Below are positions 1 through 9,591 of a stretch of DNA of 64,000 nt, piece by piece. A model generated the notes under the pieces. The model had not been told where the DNA came from and did no database searches. It saw only the letters and a program-made list of their open reading frames with translations. The stretch is from a candidate division FCPU426 bacterium (lineage in GTDB: Bacteria; Oederibacteriota; PGYV01; Palsa-1178): the NCBI GenBank assembly GCA_963840035.1, contig CAWIXE010000001.1, positions 1 through 64,000 on the forward strand. Direction: 5' to 3'. How positions within the stretch are numbered: position 1 is the stretch's first letter; every line of letters begins with the position of its first letter. Both the position numbers and the translations under genes were made by a program.

Positions 1-2266
1 CTTCCACATTATTCAGGTTCAGGGCTGTGGTTCCTGTATTGATGACCCTTATCTGCGGGTGCGGGCTGTTTGTTGAATTATTCGTGTCGCCGCTCTTTAA
101 CTTCAATGTGATATTCGAGACCCCTGTTGTCGGTGTTGATGTAGGCGGCACCGGTGTATTAGTCTTTGTAAATGTTTTCGTCGGTATTGGTGCCGTAGGC
201 GTTGGCGAAGGTGTTATTGGCGTGTTCGTCGGCACTGGTGTCGTAGATGTTGCCGAAGGCGTTATTGGCGTATTTGTCGGTGTATCTGTATTAGTAATTA
301 TTGGAGACACAGAGGCTGTCCATGTTTCTGTTATTGTAAGTGTTATCGAAGGTGTCATGGAGGCTGTCGCACTCGCACTCGGTACCGGTGTCGTCGGCGT
401 TGCCGAAGGCGTTATTGGCGTGCTTGTCCTTGTCGGAGACGTTGTTTTTGTCCTGGTATAAGTAGACGACGGCAAAGGCGTGCCGGTCAGGGTCGACAGC
501 GGAGTGCTTGTCTTTGTGGGTGTTTTTGTCGGAGTAGCCGTAGGTGCCACAAGATTGAAATCGCATACGACATTCGCGCCGGTGTCTGTCAATGTTCCAA
601 AATTATTGAGCTGTGCTACACCTGCCTGTTCCGTCCTGAAAGCGTAATCAATACCAATAACCTGTTCAGTCGAACCTTCGGGCGTAACATAGGCTGAATA
701 TGTTTTTGTCGTGATGTTCACAACGAACCTGAAATAATATTTTCCCCCTGTCTGGTATGGAATGGCATTTTGCGCCGCATATGCACCGCCGTTCCTCGCA
801 TCGATCGTCCCGGTGGGATTAAACCTTGCGATTGCCGCGAGCGAAGTATATCCTGTTGCCGGGCCATTCGACAGCCCCATGACGACGCTGTTGATATCAG
901 CCGCGAGCGGTACGGCGTTGAACGTGACCGTAAAGATACCTGTTTGCACGGCAAACGGGACATTTTGCCACGTTGCCCCGGATTCAAGACACGCCGTAGG
1001 AAGCGGTGTAACCGTCGCGGTATTCACCGGCGTATTGGTGTTTGTAGGCGTAACGGTAGGTGTGCCTGCTGCGCTCACAAACTGCCCATTGGAATTCTTT
1101 GCCGTACTCTGCAGGCCAAATCCGTTTTCCGCCATCACCGAAAAATAATACGTCGTGCCTATCGTCAGATTCAATCCGGTCCTTGTTACAGACGTGCTTG
1201 TGCCGTTGTCCGTCCAACTTGCGATGTTTGTGGCACCGGGAGTTGTCCCAATAGCATACAAGTATTTGGCTATGCCGGTTTCTGCGTCTGATGCCGGGTC
1301 CCAGTTCGCGCTAAGCTGCGTGCTCGAAACGGTTTCTGCGAGATCCGCCGTGGCCGAAGTGCCATCCCGTACAGAAGACGGCGCTCTCGGAGCAGTGCTG
1401 TCCTGCATAAGCTGGCCGTTGTATTTGGCTATTATCAAATCGTCAAAATACGCTTCCATTTGGACCTGCCCCCTATGGTTTGCATAAATGCCAAACTGGG
1501 GGTGCCAGTTTTGGCTGTCGCTCGGCCAGGGCGAAACTGACGCTGTCCATCTGAACACAAGTTTCCCGTCCATATAAATATGCCAGTAGCCGACCGACTT
1601 GTTGAATTTCGCACGGATTTCCCATGTTATCCACCTACCCAGGTTGTCGTTTAATTTGATGTTGCCGGGGAAACGTAAAATGCCTTCATTCCTGGGGTCG
1701 CGGGCGCCAAAATATCCATCTCTGACTTCAATCTGCAGGGGAATCGTAGGGTCCGGGGTATGCAGCCAGAACTGCATAAATTCAGCTTCAAAAACGTCCT
1801 TCTGGCTTGCGGGAAAATAAGTCTTCAAACTAAAATATATGTCATTCGCGGCGCTGCTTTTTAATACGGGCTGACCGCTTAACTCTGTCCGCGGGCATAG
1901 AGTTCCATCGCCGTCCTTGTCTCCGGCAAACTTTATCATTCTCAGTGTTTTGTTGCCGGTGTTCAAAGGGTCAGTGCTGATTATGAAACGCTGGTTCAGA
2001 TCAGGGGTATTGTTGTCTGCTGGATCGTAACTGCCATCGTTGGAATAAAAATACCAGAAATCTTTACCCAGGTATGCTCCTGCGATTTGGGCGGTCTCAA
2101 AATCCCTGCTGTACGTAGTAGTATACCCACTGGGCAGGCCCTCGGCATATATAAGGCTCGTATTGCCAGGGAGAAAAAAACAAAGCATGAAACATACGTT
2201 AGTAATAAACATTCTAACAATATTACCGGCATTGAATAGCTTTAACATACTCGTTTGGGCTATCAT
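1..2266 (-). CDS. Secreted modular protein, partial (runs off the left edge): polysaccharide-lyase-like jelly-roll domain, Fn3-like domain, beta-rich module, PT linkers, start of CBM3
   Basis: Absent from the ORF track because it has no stop in the window. Hand translation from ATG 2266 stays open to base 2: signal-like N-terminus, then CPRTEL..FMQFW..WHPQFGIY..YFDD (lyase-like), SANWD..YYFSV (Fn3-like), PT repeats and LKLKSGDTNNSTNSPHPQIRV (same as the CBM3 of the next gene). Confidence 0.8.
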   Translation of the reverse strand, partial: MIAQTSMLKLFNAGNIVRMFITNVCFMLCFFLPGNTSLIYAEGLPSGYTTTYSRDFETAQIAGAYLGKDFWYFYSNDGSYDPADNNTPDLNQRFIISTDPLNTGNKTLRMIKFAGDKDGDGTLCPRTELSGQPVLKSSAANDIYFSLKTYFPASQKDVFEAEFMQFWLHTPDPTIPLQIEVRDGYFGARDPRNEGILRFPGNIKLNDNLGRWITWEIRAKFNKSVGYWHIYMDGKLVFRWTASVSPWPSDSQNWHPQFGIYANHRGQVQMEAYFDDLIIAKYNGQLMQDSTAPRAPSSVRDGTSATADLAETVSSTQLSANWDPASDAETGIAKYLYAIGTTPGATNIASWTDNGTSTSVTRTGLNLTIGTTYYFSVMAENGFGLQSTAKNSNGQFVSAAGTPTVTPTNTNTPVNTATVTPLPTACLESGATWQNVPFAVQTGIFTVTFNAVPLAADINSVVMGLSNGPATGYTSLAAIARFNPTGTIDARNGGAYAAQNAIPYQTGGKYYFRFVVNITTKTYSAYVTPEGSTEQVIGIDYAFRTEQAGVAQLNNFGTLTDTGANVVCDFNLVAPTATPTKTPTKTSTPLSTLTGTPLPSSTYTRTKTTSPTRTSTPITPSATPTTPVPSASATASMTPSITLTITETWTASVSPIITNTDTPTNTPITPSATSTTPVPTNTPITPSPTPTAPIPTKTFTKTNTPVPPTSTPTTGVSNITLKLKSGDTNNSTNSPHPQIRVINTGTTALNLNNVE

Positions 2267-2286
2267 TGTTTTTCACCCGCCTTTTT

Positions 2287-2317
2287 CCCGGCTCCGGGCT
2301 ATTTTCCCGGAGCCGGG
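2287..2317. repeat. 12-bp perfect hairpin between the two CBM3 genes
   Basis: cccggctccggg-N7-cccggagccggg. T-tracts lie on the plus strand only, so on the minus strand it looks more like a stabilising stem than a terminator. Confidence 0.6.
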
Positions 2318-2373
2318 CTTTTTAGCTTCATCACAATATATGCGCCCCTGTAGGGAACGCACATGTGCGTTCC

Positions 2374-5277
2374 TTACTTCAGCATTATTATCACAAAGCT
2401 CCTGCTGTTCACCTGGTTGTTCGATAACACGCTTACCTTCAATATATACGTCCCTGCCGCGAGCTCGTGCCCGCCGGCAGACTTTCCGTCCCAGTTCACG
2501 ACATGCTTGCCTGTCGACACGTTTGACACTCCTGACAGCTCTTTCTTCCATACCTGCCTTCCTGCTGCCGTGAATATGTCAAGCGTAACCTTCGCGTCCG
2601 GGTCGGGTATCTGTTGTAGGGACTGCACTCCTGAGCTGTCCGCAGCGTCTTGTGCGGACAAAGCATTTGCTTTGCTTGAACCCGCTATCTCATACGAAAG
2701 AGTCGCGCCCGAGCCTGACGCGGGATTCGGATAGCTCAGCACGCCTGCCACCTTCGCTCCCTGGCCCTGTGCCTGGGCTGTCGGTTCCTGGCCGTATGCA
2801 AGCGAACCGTTTACATACCCGGTTATCCTGTTCCATATCGTGAAGTCAGTGTACGCGGCATAGCTCCAGTCGTTGCTCTGCAGCATGTTCAACCAGTCGT
2901 TTTTGTTGAACCTCGACTGTATCTCAACGTACTCATTCGGCTGCAGTACCATGCTGTTTGTGAACCTCAAGCGCATGTAATGTGTCTGCGTGCCGACTAC
3001 CTGTGTTACGACCTCAGCCTGGACATTCTGGCTCACTGTCTGGCCCTGCGGCATCTTGCCCGCCCAGTCGATCCACGCCTGTGCTGAGCCTGCCGAAGCA
3101 TCGTAGTTGAACCAGTAGCGCACTTCCACATTATTCAGGTTCAGGGCTGTCGTACCTGTATTGACGACCCTTATCTGCGGATGCGGGCTGTTTGTTGAAT
3201 TATTCGTGTCGCCGCTCTTTAACTTCAATGTGATATTCGACACCCCTGTTGTCGGCGTTGATGTAGGCGGCACAGGAGTATAGGTTTTTGTAAACGTGCT
3301 TGTCGGAACTGGTGTTGTCGGCGTCGCTGACGGCGTTATTGGTGTATTTGTAGGAACCGGTGTTGTAGGTGTCGCTGTCGGCACTATCTCCGTGTTTGTC
3401 GGAACTATTTCTGTGTTCGTCGGTACCGGTGTCGTCGGTGTTGCCGAAGGCGTTATCGGCGTATCTGTGGGAACCGGCGTTGTCGGTGTCGCTGACGGCG
3501 TGACCGGCGTGTTTGTAGGCGGCACGGGCGTCACTGTACACGGTGTCTCTAAAACTACATCAAAACACTCAAGTAATGTATTTTTTTCCCTTCCCGACCA
3601 CCTGACAGTATAGGTCCCGGGAGAAAGGTTCCAGTGCCTTGTACTTGCAACCCCCCCTCCATTCCTGCCTTTCACTTCTTCCCATTGCCATGTCCCGTAA
3701 TTTATATGCGTATCATATACATCCATTCCCTGACCCGCTGTATCTGTCTTTCCCAGTATCTCTAAAGACCAGCTGTTCGCTGCATCGCTCCCGGAGTTTA
3801 CATACGCCATTATTTTGTAAATGCCGCAAGCGGATACAGTTACAACAAAATCCTTATATCCTGCATTGTCAGTATTTGCATAGATATAGGCATGGCCGCT
3901 GGAGCTTCCTTCCATTATCGGTGCTGTCTCTGTTCCTGCAACTGCAGGATTCGCGCATGTAACAGGTGTGTTCGTCGCCACCGGAGTCGTGGGCGTTGCT
4001 GACGGTGTTATTGGCGTGTCAGTCGGCACCGGTGTCGTAGGTGTTGCTGAAGGTGTTATTGGCGTGATTGTCCTTGTCGGAGACGCTGTATTTGTACTGG
4101 TATAAGTAGACGACGGCACAGGCGTGACCGGACTCGATGCAAGTAAGGGATGCGGATTTGGAAGCACATCTTGTATGCCGGTAGGCGCTTCAGGTGCATA
4201 ACCAAATGTATAAGCACCCCCGTCATAGCCATACGCTATGCCATTTCCGCTGGCATCCATTGGGGAACCGTCCCGGGTATTCCCATGAAAAAATGCACGC
4301 AAATATGTTGAGGGATTGCCGCTGCTGGGCTCGATTGTTGCCAGCGTTGCACATGTATTAATCTTTACAAACCTGTTATTTTCAACAATGGCTGTACCTC
4401 CCCTTAAATGTAAGCCTTGCTGCCAATCGTTATTGGTTGCGGTGGCGTCAAATAAATTGTCATAACATATAGTAAGCCTTGTTCCTACCGTACTCCAGGA
4501 CTGATCCCCGTGGGCATCAAGAATTTTGTCAACACTTCCGTACTGGTAAAACTCATTCCTTCTATAAACCATTCTTGATCCGCCGCCGGCGCCGCCAATG
4601 GGACCATACCCATCCTCTAAATAGAATTTGCAGTCTTCAAAGAATAATGCATTCGTTAATGTACTATGTGCCCCGACCACAGCTGTAATGGCAGAAGATT
4701 GGCTTACCGTTGGGATGTCAAAATTTGCCTGTGTATCCGGACCCCTGTTTAAAAAGCAGGCATATCCACCGGAAGAACATCTGTCAAATACGCAGTTTGA
4801 AACAACACCATCAAGTATGCCCCCCTCACTTGTCATGAACCCATAGCGCCCGAAGTTTTGAAAATAATTGTCCTTAAAACATATTGTTCCGGTATCTATC
4901 TTCCAGCAGGAATTGCTCCTTGTGCCGACAAATTTAAGCCCTGTGCATTCAAGTATTTCACCATAAGAATAAGAAACTGTAATAGTTCCTGAAATGTTTA
5001 TTCTCGTTGTTGCCTGCCCGTCACCAATAAGGCGCACCGGATTGCTAATGGTTAAATTGCTTACACTATATGTGCCCGCGTGAATACGAACCGTACCTTT
5101 ATTTTGCTGCGCGGTATTGATAGCGGTTTGAATGTTGTCTCCGGGATTGACATCTACCGTCGTCCCTGGCCAGGTAAGCGCGGCTGCAAAAAGGCCTTGG
5201 CCGGGCATTGCGCAAATTCCAAAAATCAGTAACACGAACACTAACAACTGTTTAATGCTTGGATAGTTTGTTTTCAT
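2374..5277 (-). CDS. Secreted protein: beta-helix (pectin-lyase-fold) domain, PT linker, CBM-like beta-sandwich, PT linker, CBM3, C-terminal FlgD-Ig/T9SS-like domain
   Basis: Signal peptide; IQTAIN..GTY and N-x-F repeats; CBM3 motifs EVRYWF, EIQSRFNKNDW, QSNDWSY; C-terminal SYPNP..NWDG..LAAGTYIL. Confidence 0.85.
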   Translation of the reverse strand: MKTNYPSIKQLLVFVLLIFGICAMPGQGLFAAALTWPGTTVDVNPGDNIQTAINTAQQNKGTVRIHAGTYSVSNLTISNPVRLIGDGQATTRINISGTITVSYSYGEILECTGLKFVGTRSNSCWKIDTGTICFKDNYFQNFGRYGFMTSEGGILDGVVSNCVFDRCSSGGYACFLNRGPDTQANFDIPTVSQSSAITAVVGAHSTLTNALFFEDCKFYLEDGYGPIGGAGGGSRMVYRRNEFYQYGSVDKILDAHGDQSWSTVGTRLTICYDNLFDATATNNDWQQGLHLRGGTAIVENNRFVKINTCATLATIEPSSGNPSTYLRAFFHGNTRDGSPMDASGNGIAYGYDGGAYTFGYAPEAPTGIQDVLPNPHPLLASSPVTPVPSSTYTSTNTASPTRTITPITPSATPTTPVPTDTPITPSATPTTPVATNTPVTCANPAVAGTETAPIMEGSSSGHAYIYANTDNAGYKDFVVTVSACGIYKIMAYVNSGSDAANSWSLEILGKTDTAGQGMDVYDTHINYGTWQWEEVKGRNGGGVASTRHWNLSPGTYTVRWSGREKNTLLECFDVVLETPCTVTPVPPTNTPVTPSATPTTPVPTDTPITPSATPTTPVPTNTEIVPTNTEIVPTATPTTPVPTNTPITPSATPTTPVPTSTFTKTYTPVPPTSTPTTGVSNITLKLKSGDTNNSTNSPHPQIRVVNTGTTALNLNNVEVRYWFNYDASAGSAQAWIDWAGKMPQGQTVSQNVQAEVVTQVVGTQTHYMRLRFTNSMVLQPNEYVEIQSRFNKNDWLNMLQSNDWSYAAYTDFTIWNRITGYVNGSLAYGQEPTAQAQGQGAKVAGVLSYPNPASGSGATLSYEIAGSSKANALSAQDAADSSGVQSLQQIPDPDAKVTLDIFTAAGRQVWKKELSGVSNVSTGKHVVNWDGKSAGGHELAAGTYILKVSVLSNNQVNSRSFVIIMLK

Positions 5278-5613
5278 CTTCTCCTCCTATATTTTTAATT
5301 TAATATGATCTGTCCATTCTTTGCTACTCCGCACGACCCGGCGGGCCCGTCAAAAGCACTCGCCCGCAATTTCAGTTCCTTGCTTAACCGCTTAGCAGTT
5401 CAACGCCGTGCCTTACATTCGTAATAAAACGCCAACCGCTCCTTTCTTGCGGGTTTTCCCGGCTCATTTCGTTTGTCATTTCCATTTTTGCGGCCCCCTT
5501 TATAATCTAATTTGGTTTATCGGTAAATCAAAATTAAAAAAAATATCCCGTCTTATTTTCTTTACCTTTATTCTCCATAAAAACTCCTTTTCTTCGATTT
5601 ACCGGTCAATCAC

Positions 5614-5642
5614 AATATACTCAATAACTCCTGCTTTGTCAA
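5614..5642 (-). promoter_or_regulatory. Sigma-70-type promoter for the CBM3 genes
   Basis: TTGACA-N17-TATATT on the minus strand, ~335 nt upstream of ATG 5277. Confidence 0.7.
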
Positions 5643-5765
5643 GTGATTTTTGAAATTTTTTTGTTTTTCTGATTTTCCCTTATAAATAAAGCGTTTTTTA
5701 TCGTATTTTTTCTTACATCTGATAAAACGATTTTTTCTTTAAAAGAGCTTAACACATAATCCACC

Positions 5766-5996
5766 TCATGGTCTCCGTCGCGCCAGTAATATAGTTCCCA
5801 TCCCCGTTCCTATTGTGGAGGCATTCCCTGCCTCCTGCAGCTGCCCCAGCATGTTCTGGTAACTGAGTATCTGCGCCGGATAATGCAGGCACAGGGCAAA
5901 CGCCTGCCTTAGCAGCGCAGGTTTTGCCACGGGATTCATGAGCATTACGTCCTTGGTAATAACAGTCTCGATCAAAGAATCCCTGATATATTCCAC
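5766..5996 (-). pseudogene. Internal fragment of an AAA+/DUF4143-type ATP-binding protein
   Basis: YIRDSLIETVITKDV..KPALLRQ..QILSY..LGQLQEAGN resembles the middle of this family; no Walker A and only 76 aa. Confidence 0.65.
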
Positions 5997-6027
5997 TTAT
6001 TGGGCTTTTAGAGGTAAATAACGAAGT

Positions 6028-6189
6028 TCAGTTCACCAGCATTTCAAATTCTTCTTTTAACGCGCCGCAGTCGGGGCATGTCCAGTCGGCAGGCAGGTTC
6101 TCAAAAGGCGTGCCCGGGGGTATTCCCTCCTGTGCCATTCCCATTATGGAATTATATACGAATCCGCAGACAGTGCATTTCCATTCCAT
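6028..6189 (-). CDS. Rubredoxin (53 aa, not in the ORF track)
   Basis: MEWKCTVCGFVYNSIMGMAQEGIPPGTPFENLPADWTCPDCGALKEEFEMLVN with two CxxCG motifs; RBS AGGGAG. Confidence 0.95.
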   Translation of the reverse strand: MEWKCTVCGFVYNSIMGMAQEGIPPGTPFENLPADWTCPDCGALKEEFEMLVN

Positions 6190-6287
6190 GATATGCTCCC
6201 TTAAACATGATTTTTATCGCCTGATAATTATAGCAGAAGGTTTTGGATTTGTATAGCGGACCGATGAATCAAATAATATAGCAACCC

Positions 6288-7045
6288 GTAGAGAAGGGGC
6301 CCGTACCCTTCTCTACGTTGGATCTGCCTTGAGACGGGCACAAGGCCCGTCTCTACGAATTTCAATCCTTACAAAAAACCGTAGAGACGCCCCTCGCGGG
6401 CGTCTCGGTTATATTCGGTGACGTCAATCCTTGGTTTAGACGGGCACAAGGCCCGTCTCTACGAATTTCAATCCTTACAAAAAACCGTAGAGACGCCCCT
6501 CGCGGGCGTCTCGGTTATATTCGGTGACGTCAATCCTTGGTTTAGACGGGCACGAGGCCCGTCTCTACGAATTTCAATCCTTACAAAAAACCGTAGAGAC
6601 GCCCCTCGCGGGCGTCTCGGTTATATTCGGTGACGTCAATCCTTGGTTTGGACGGGCACAAGGCCCGTCTCTACGAATTTCAATCCTTACAAAAAACCGT
6701 AGAGACGCCCCTCGCGGGCGTCTCGGTTATATTCGGTGACGTCAATCCTTGGTTTGGACGGGCACAAGGCCCGTCTCTACGAATTTCAATCCTTACAAAA
6801 AACCGTAGAGACGCCCCTCGCGGGCGTCTCGGTTATATTCGGTGACGTCAATCCTTGGTTTAGACGGGCACGAGGCCCGTCTCTACGAATTTCAATCCTT
6901 ACAAAAAACCATAGAGACGCCCCTCGCGGGCGTCTCGGTTATATTCGGTGACGTCAATCCTTGGTTTAGACGGGCACGAGGCCCGTCTCTATGAATTTCA
7001 ATCCTTACAAAAAACCGTAGAGACGCCCCTCGCGGGCGTCTCGGG
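6288..7045. repeat. BIME-like tandem array: ~7 units of 106 bp, each with two oppositely oriented GTAG-REP palindromes, plus one variant REP at 6288-6316
   Basis: GTAGAGACGCCCCTCGCGGGCGTCTC starts at 6381, 6487, 6593, 6699, 6805, 6911 (ATAG variant) and 7017; the reverse REP GACGGGCACRAGGCCCGTCTCTAC precedes each. Confidence 0.95.
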
Positions 7046-7046
7046 T

Positions 7047-7565
7047 TTATTCTTTGCGGTTGCGAATTTCATCAAGTTCATACCACTCTTTGTAATAATT
7101 ATCAGGATTGGTCCTTAGCGGGTTGTTCTTAATATACTCCGTAACAAAATAATATTCAAACTCATCCCTGATCACCCTGTCATAAAACCGTTCTTGCCAA
7201 ACCTCGCCCCATTTTATGCCGGCTGTAACGGCTATTTCCTTGCACGACAGTGATTTAAAGGCGCCCACTATTTTACCAAGCTCTTTACCTCCGCTTTTTG
7301 TAATTGTTATTATCCCGTGCATATGATCCGGCATAATTATGAATTCGCCCAGTTTTATCTCAGGAAACCTGCTTGATAACGCGCCCCAGTGTTTTAACGC
7401 CGCAAAACCTGCCTCCGACATGCACATTCTGTTGCCATCAATTACCCCAAAAATCTTACGGAAGTTTTCAGTATTGATGGTTATATAATAGTCTCCGGGG
7501 GAGGAATAATCGTGGTCTTTTAGGCGTGTGGATTCAATGCGGTATTTTTCTTTAAACACAGTCAT
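7047..7565 (-). mobile_element. REP-associated tyrosine transposase (RAYT/TnpA-REP, Y1 HUH family)
   Basis: RLKDHDYS..YYITI, HUH motif MPDHMHGII, WQERFYDRVIRD and catalytic YIKNNP; flanked by REPs on both sides. Confidence 0.92.
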
Positions 7566-7609
7566 ATTTTACCCCCCCTATTTTGTGCTTAATTATAAAA
7601 CAGAATTCT

Positions 7610-7693
7610 GTAGAGACGCCCCCTTGTGGGCGTCTCAAGTTTACATCGGCGGTATCAATCCCGGGCTTAGACGGGCACGAGGCCCGTCTCTAC
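7610..7693. repeat. REP pair upstream of the RAYT gene
   Basis: gtagagacgcccccttgtgggcgtctc (7610-7636) and agacgggcacgaggcccgtctctac (7669-7693), the same two REP types as in the array. Confidence 0.9.
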
Positions 7694-7738
7694 GAAATCA
7701 CAACAAATATGACACCATAATTTACATCAAAACAAAAA

Positions 7739-9571
7739 TCAAACCGCAGCCGTTTCCTTATTTAACGTATTTATAACAGCCCACAGATAACTGCCGCTGC
7801 TTTTTAAACCCGCTTTTTCAAACTCAGATGGTTTTTGCACGGGCCACATGTCATACGCTTTTTTCAGGTCGTCCAGGCTGATGTCCCAGGAACTTCCCTG
7901 TATAAGAAGCGTATTGCCGCTTTTTTTATACCTGAAACTTTTTCCTGTTTTTGTAAACATATCACGGCCTTCGTGATTCTCAACCTTTTTCAGAAACCCC
8001 TCAACCCCGCCCTCAGCGTGCGCGCATGGGAAATAGACCGCGTCAGGCTTTGCCTCTTTTTCTCCCGCAAACTCCCTTATAATCCCAAGAAACGTATCCC
8101 CGTAGCTTTCAACTTTCATCTCTCCCAGGCCCTTAATCCCCAGCATCTCCTCTTTTGTCCTCGGCTGCTTTACGGCCAGCTGCGCCAGCACAGCGTCATT
8201 AAATACCACATACGCGGGGACGTCCATTCCGTCCGCGAGTTCCCTGCGTTTTTTCTTCATTATGGAGAATAGCCTGTCATGCGGGCTGTCGCTTTTTTGC
8301 TCCGCGGCAACCGGTACCGGCTGGAATGTTTTTTTCTCCGGCGGCGCGATTAAATCCACTATGTCCCCGAGCTTATGGTCCCCGCACACATCGCACGGCC
8401 CTCCGCAGTCGCCGACCCTATCACCAAAATATGATATGACTGATCTGTGCCTGCACTCGCCTGACTCGGCGAGCCTGAAAAGCTGCACTGTCTTTTGCTG
8501 CATGGAATACGCCAATTCAGGATCCTGGTGGTCGTGGGTAAAGCGCTCGTAATTCATGACATCAGCCCAGGAGTAAAACAATATGCACCTGCTGTCCAAC
8601 CCGTCCCTGCCTGCCCTGCCTATCTCCTGGTAATAACTCTCTATGGTGCGCGGCATATCGCAGTGAATTACAAACCTCACGTCAGGCTTGTTAATGCCCA
8701 TGCCAAAGGCGATAGTCGCCACAACCACGTCCACGTTGCCCCTGATAAAGTCTTCCTGGTTGTCCTGTCTTTCTTTTGTAGTCAATCCCGCGTGGTAAGC
8801 GATTGCTGATATTTTTTTTGACCTTAAGAACGTGACCATGCTTTCCACATTCCTCCTGCTCCAGCAGTATATGATGCCGCTTTGTCCCTTATTGCCGCGG
8901 ATGAATTTCAGTATCGCGTCCCTCATGTTCACGCCTTCGCCTTTTTTCTGGAAAGTAAGCAGCAGGTTTGGCCTATAAAATGACCCCCTGTAAACTTCCG
9001 GAGATTTCATACCGAGCTGCTGCGTGATGTCGTCCATGACCTGTTTTGTGGCCGTGGCTGTCAATGCAAGCACAGGGATGTCCCCGAGTTCTGATTTTAA
9101 TCCCTTTAGTTTCCTGTAAGCCGGCCTGAAATCATGGCCCCACTGGCTTATGCAGTGCGCCTCATCAACAACCATCAGGCTGATGGAACAGGATTTTATA
9201 AAATTACTCAGCGAACTTTCAAGAGCTTCAGGCGCCAGGTAAACAAGCTCATACTTTCCGAGACGCAGTTTTTCCAAACGCTTTTCGCGTTCTTTATAGC
9301 TGATGGTGGAATTGATGACAACAGCTTTAAAACCGTAGGAATGGATGGAATCAACCTGGTCTTTCATAAGGGATATAAGAGGTGAAATGACAAGCACAGT
9401 CCCGGGCAGCATACGCGCCGGTATCTGGAATGTAAGGGATTTGCCGGCTCCGGTCGGCATGATACCGAGACAATCCCTGCCGGACATAACGGCGTTTATA
9501 ATCTGCTCCTGCCCCGGACGGAACTCCTGGTATCCGAAGGTGTGTTTAAGTACATCGATTGGGTTTATCAA
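7739..9571 (-). CDS. recQ: RecQ-family ATP-dependent DNA helicase with Zn motif, HRDC and extra C-terminal domain
   Basis: [44 protein letters not shown] and [16 protein letters not shown] start. Confidence 0.93.
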   Translation of the reverse strand: MINPIDVLKHTFGYQEFRPGQEQIINAVMSGRDCLGIMPTGAGKSLTFQIPARMLPGTVLVISPLISLMKDQVDSIHSYGFKAVVINSTISYKEREKRLEKLRLGKYELVYLAPEALESSLSNFIKSCSISLMVVDEAHCISQWGHDFRPAYRKLKGLKSELGDIPVLALTATATKQVMDDITQQLGMKSPEVYRGSFYRPNLLLTFQKKGEGVNMRDAILKFIRGNKGQSGIIYCWSRRNVESMVTFLRSKKISAIAYHAGLTTKERQDNQEDFIRGNVDVVVATIAFGMGINKPDVRFVIHCDMPRTIESYYQEIGRAGRDGLDSRCILFYSWADVMNYERFTHDHQDPELAYSMQQKTVQLFRLAESGECRHRSVISYFGDRVGDCGGPCDVCGDHKLGDIVDLIAPPEKKTFQPVPVAAEQKSDSPHDRLFSIMKKKRRELADGMDVPAYVVFNDAVLAQLAVKQPRTKEEMLGIKGLGEMKVESYGDTFLGIIREFAGEKEAKPDAVYFPCAHAEGGVEGFLKKVENHEGRDMFTKTGKSFRYKKSGNTLLIQGSSWDISLDDLKKAYDMWPVQKPSEFEKAGLKSSGSYLWAVINTLNKETAAV

Positions 9572-9591
9572 TTTTTTCTCCTTTTATAAGT

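Noticed and set aside
1..3273. Diversity-generating retroelement TR/VR pair in the duplicated CBM3 DNA
   Set aside because: Differences are mostly synonymous and not adenine-specific, and there is no reverse transcriptase in the window.
27..3613. Val/Gly-rich plus-strand ORFs (27-461, 3296-3613 and similar at 29562-30296)
   Set aside because: They are antisense shadows of Pro/Thr linker codons.
5425..5465. c-di-GMP-I riboswitch in the CBM3 leader
   Set aside because: GGGAAAACCCGC..GAAAGG..GCGG is only loosely similar and the conserved GCAAA/P3 part is not evident; an Rfam scan is needed.
6418..6951. Four overlapping 71-aa plus-strand ORFs
   Set aside because: They are by-products of the 106-bp repeat, with no RBS or family resemblance.
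6331..7045. CRISPR array
   Set aside because: The sequences between palindromes are identical rather than unique spacers, there are no cas genes, and the repeats are GTAG-REPs next to a RAYT.
7047..7565. IS200/IS605 insertion sequence
   Set aside because: No tnpB and no single pair of IS ends; multiple flanking REPs fit a domesticated RAYT.
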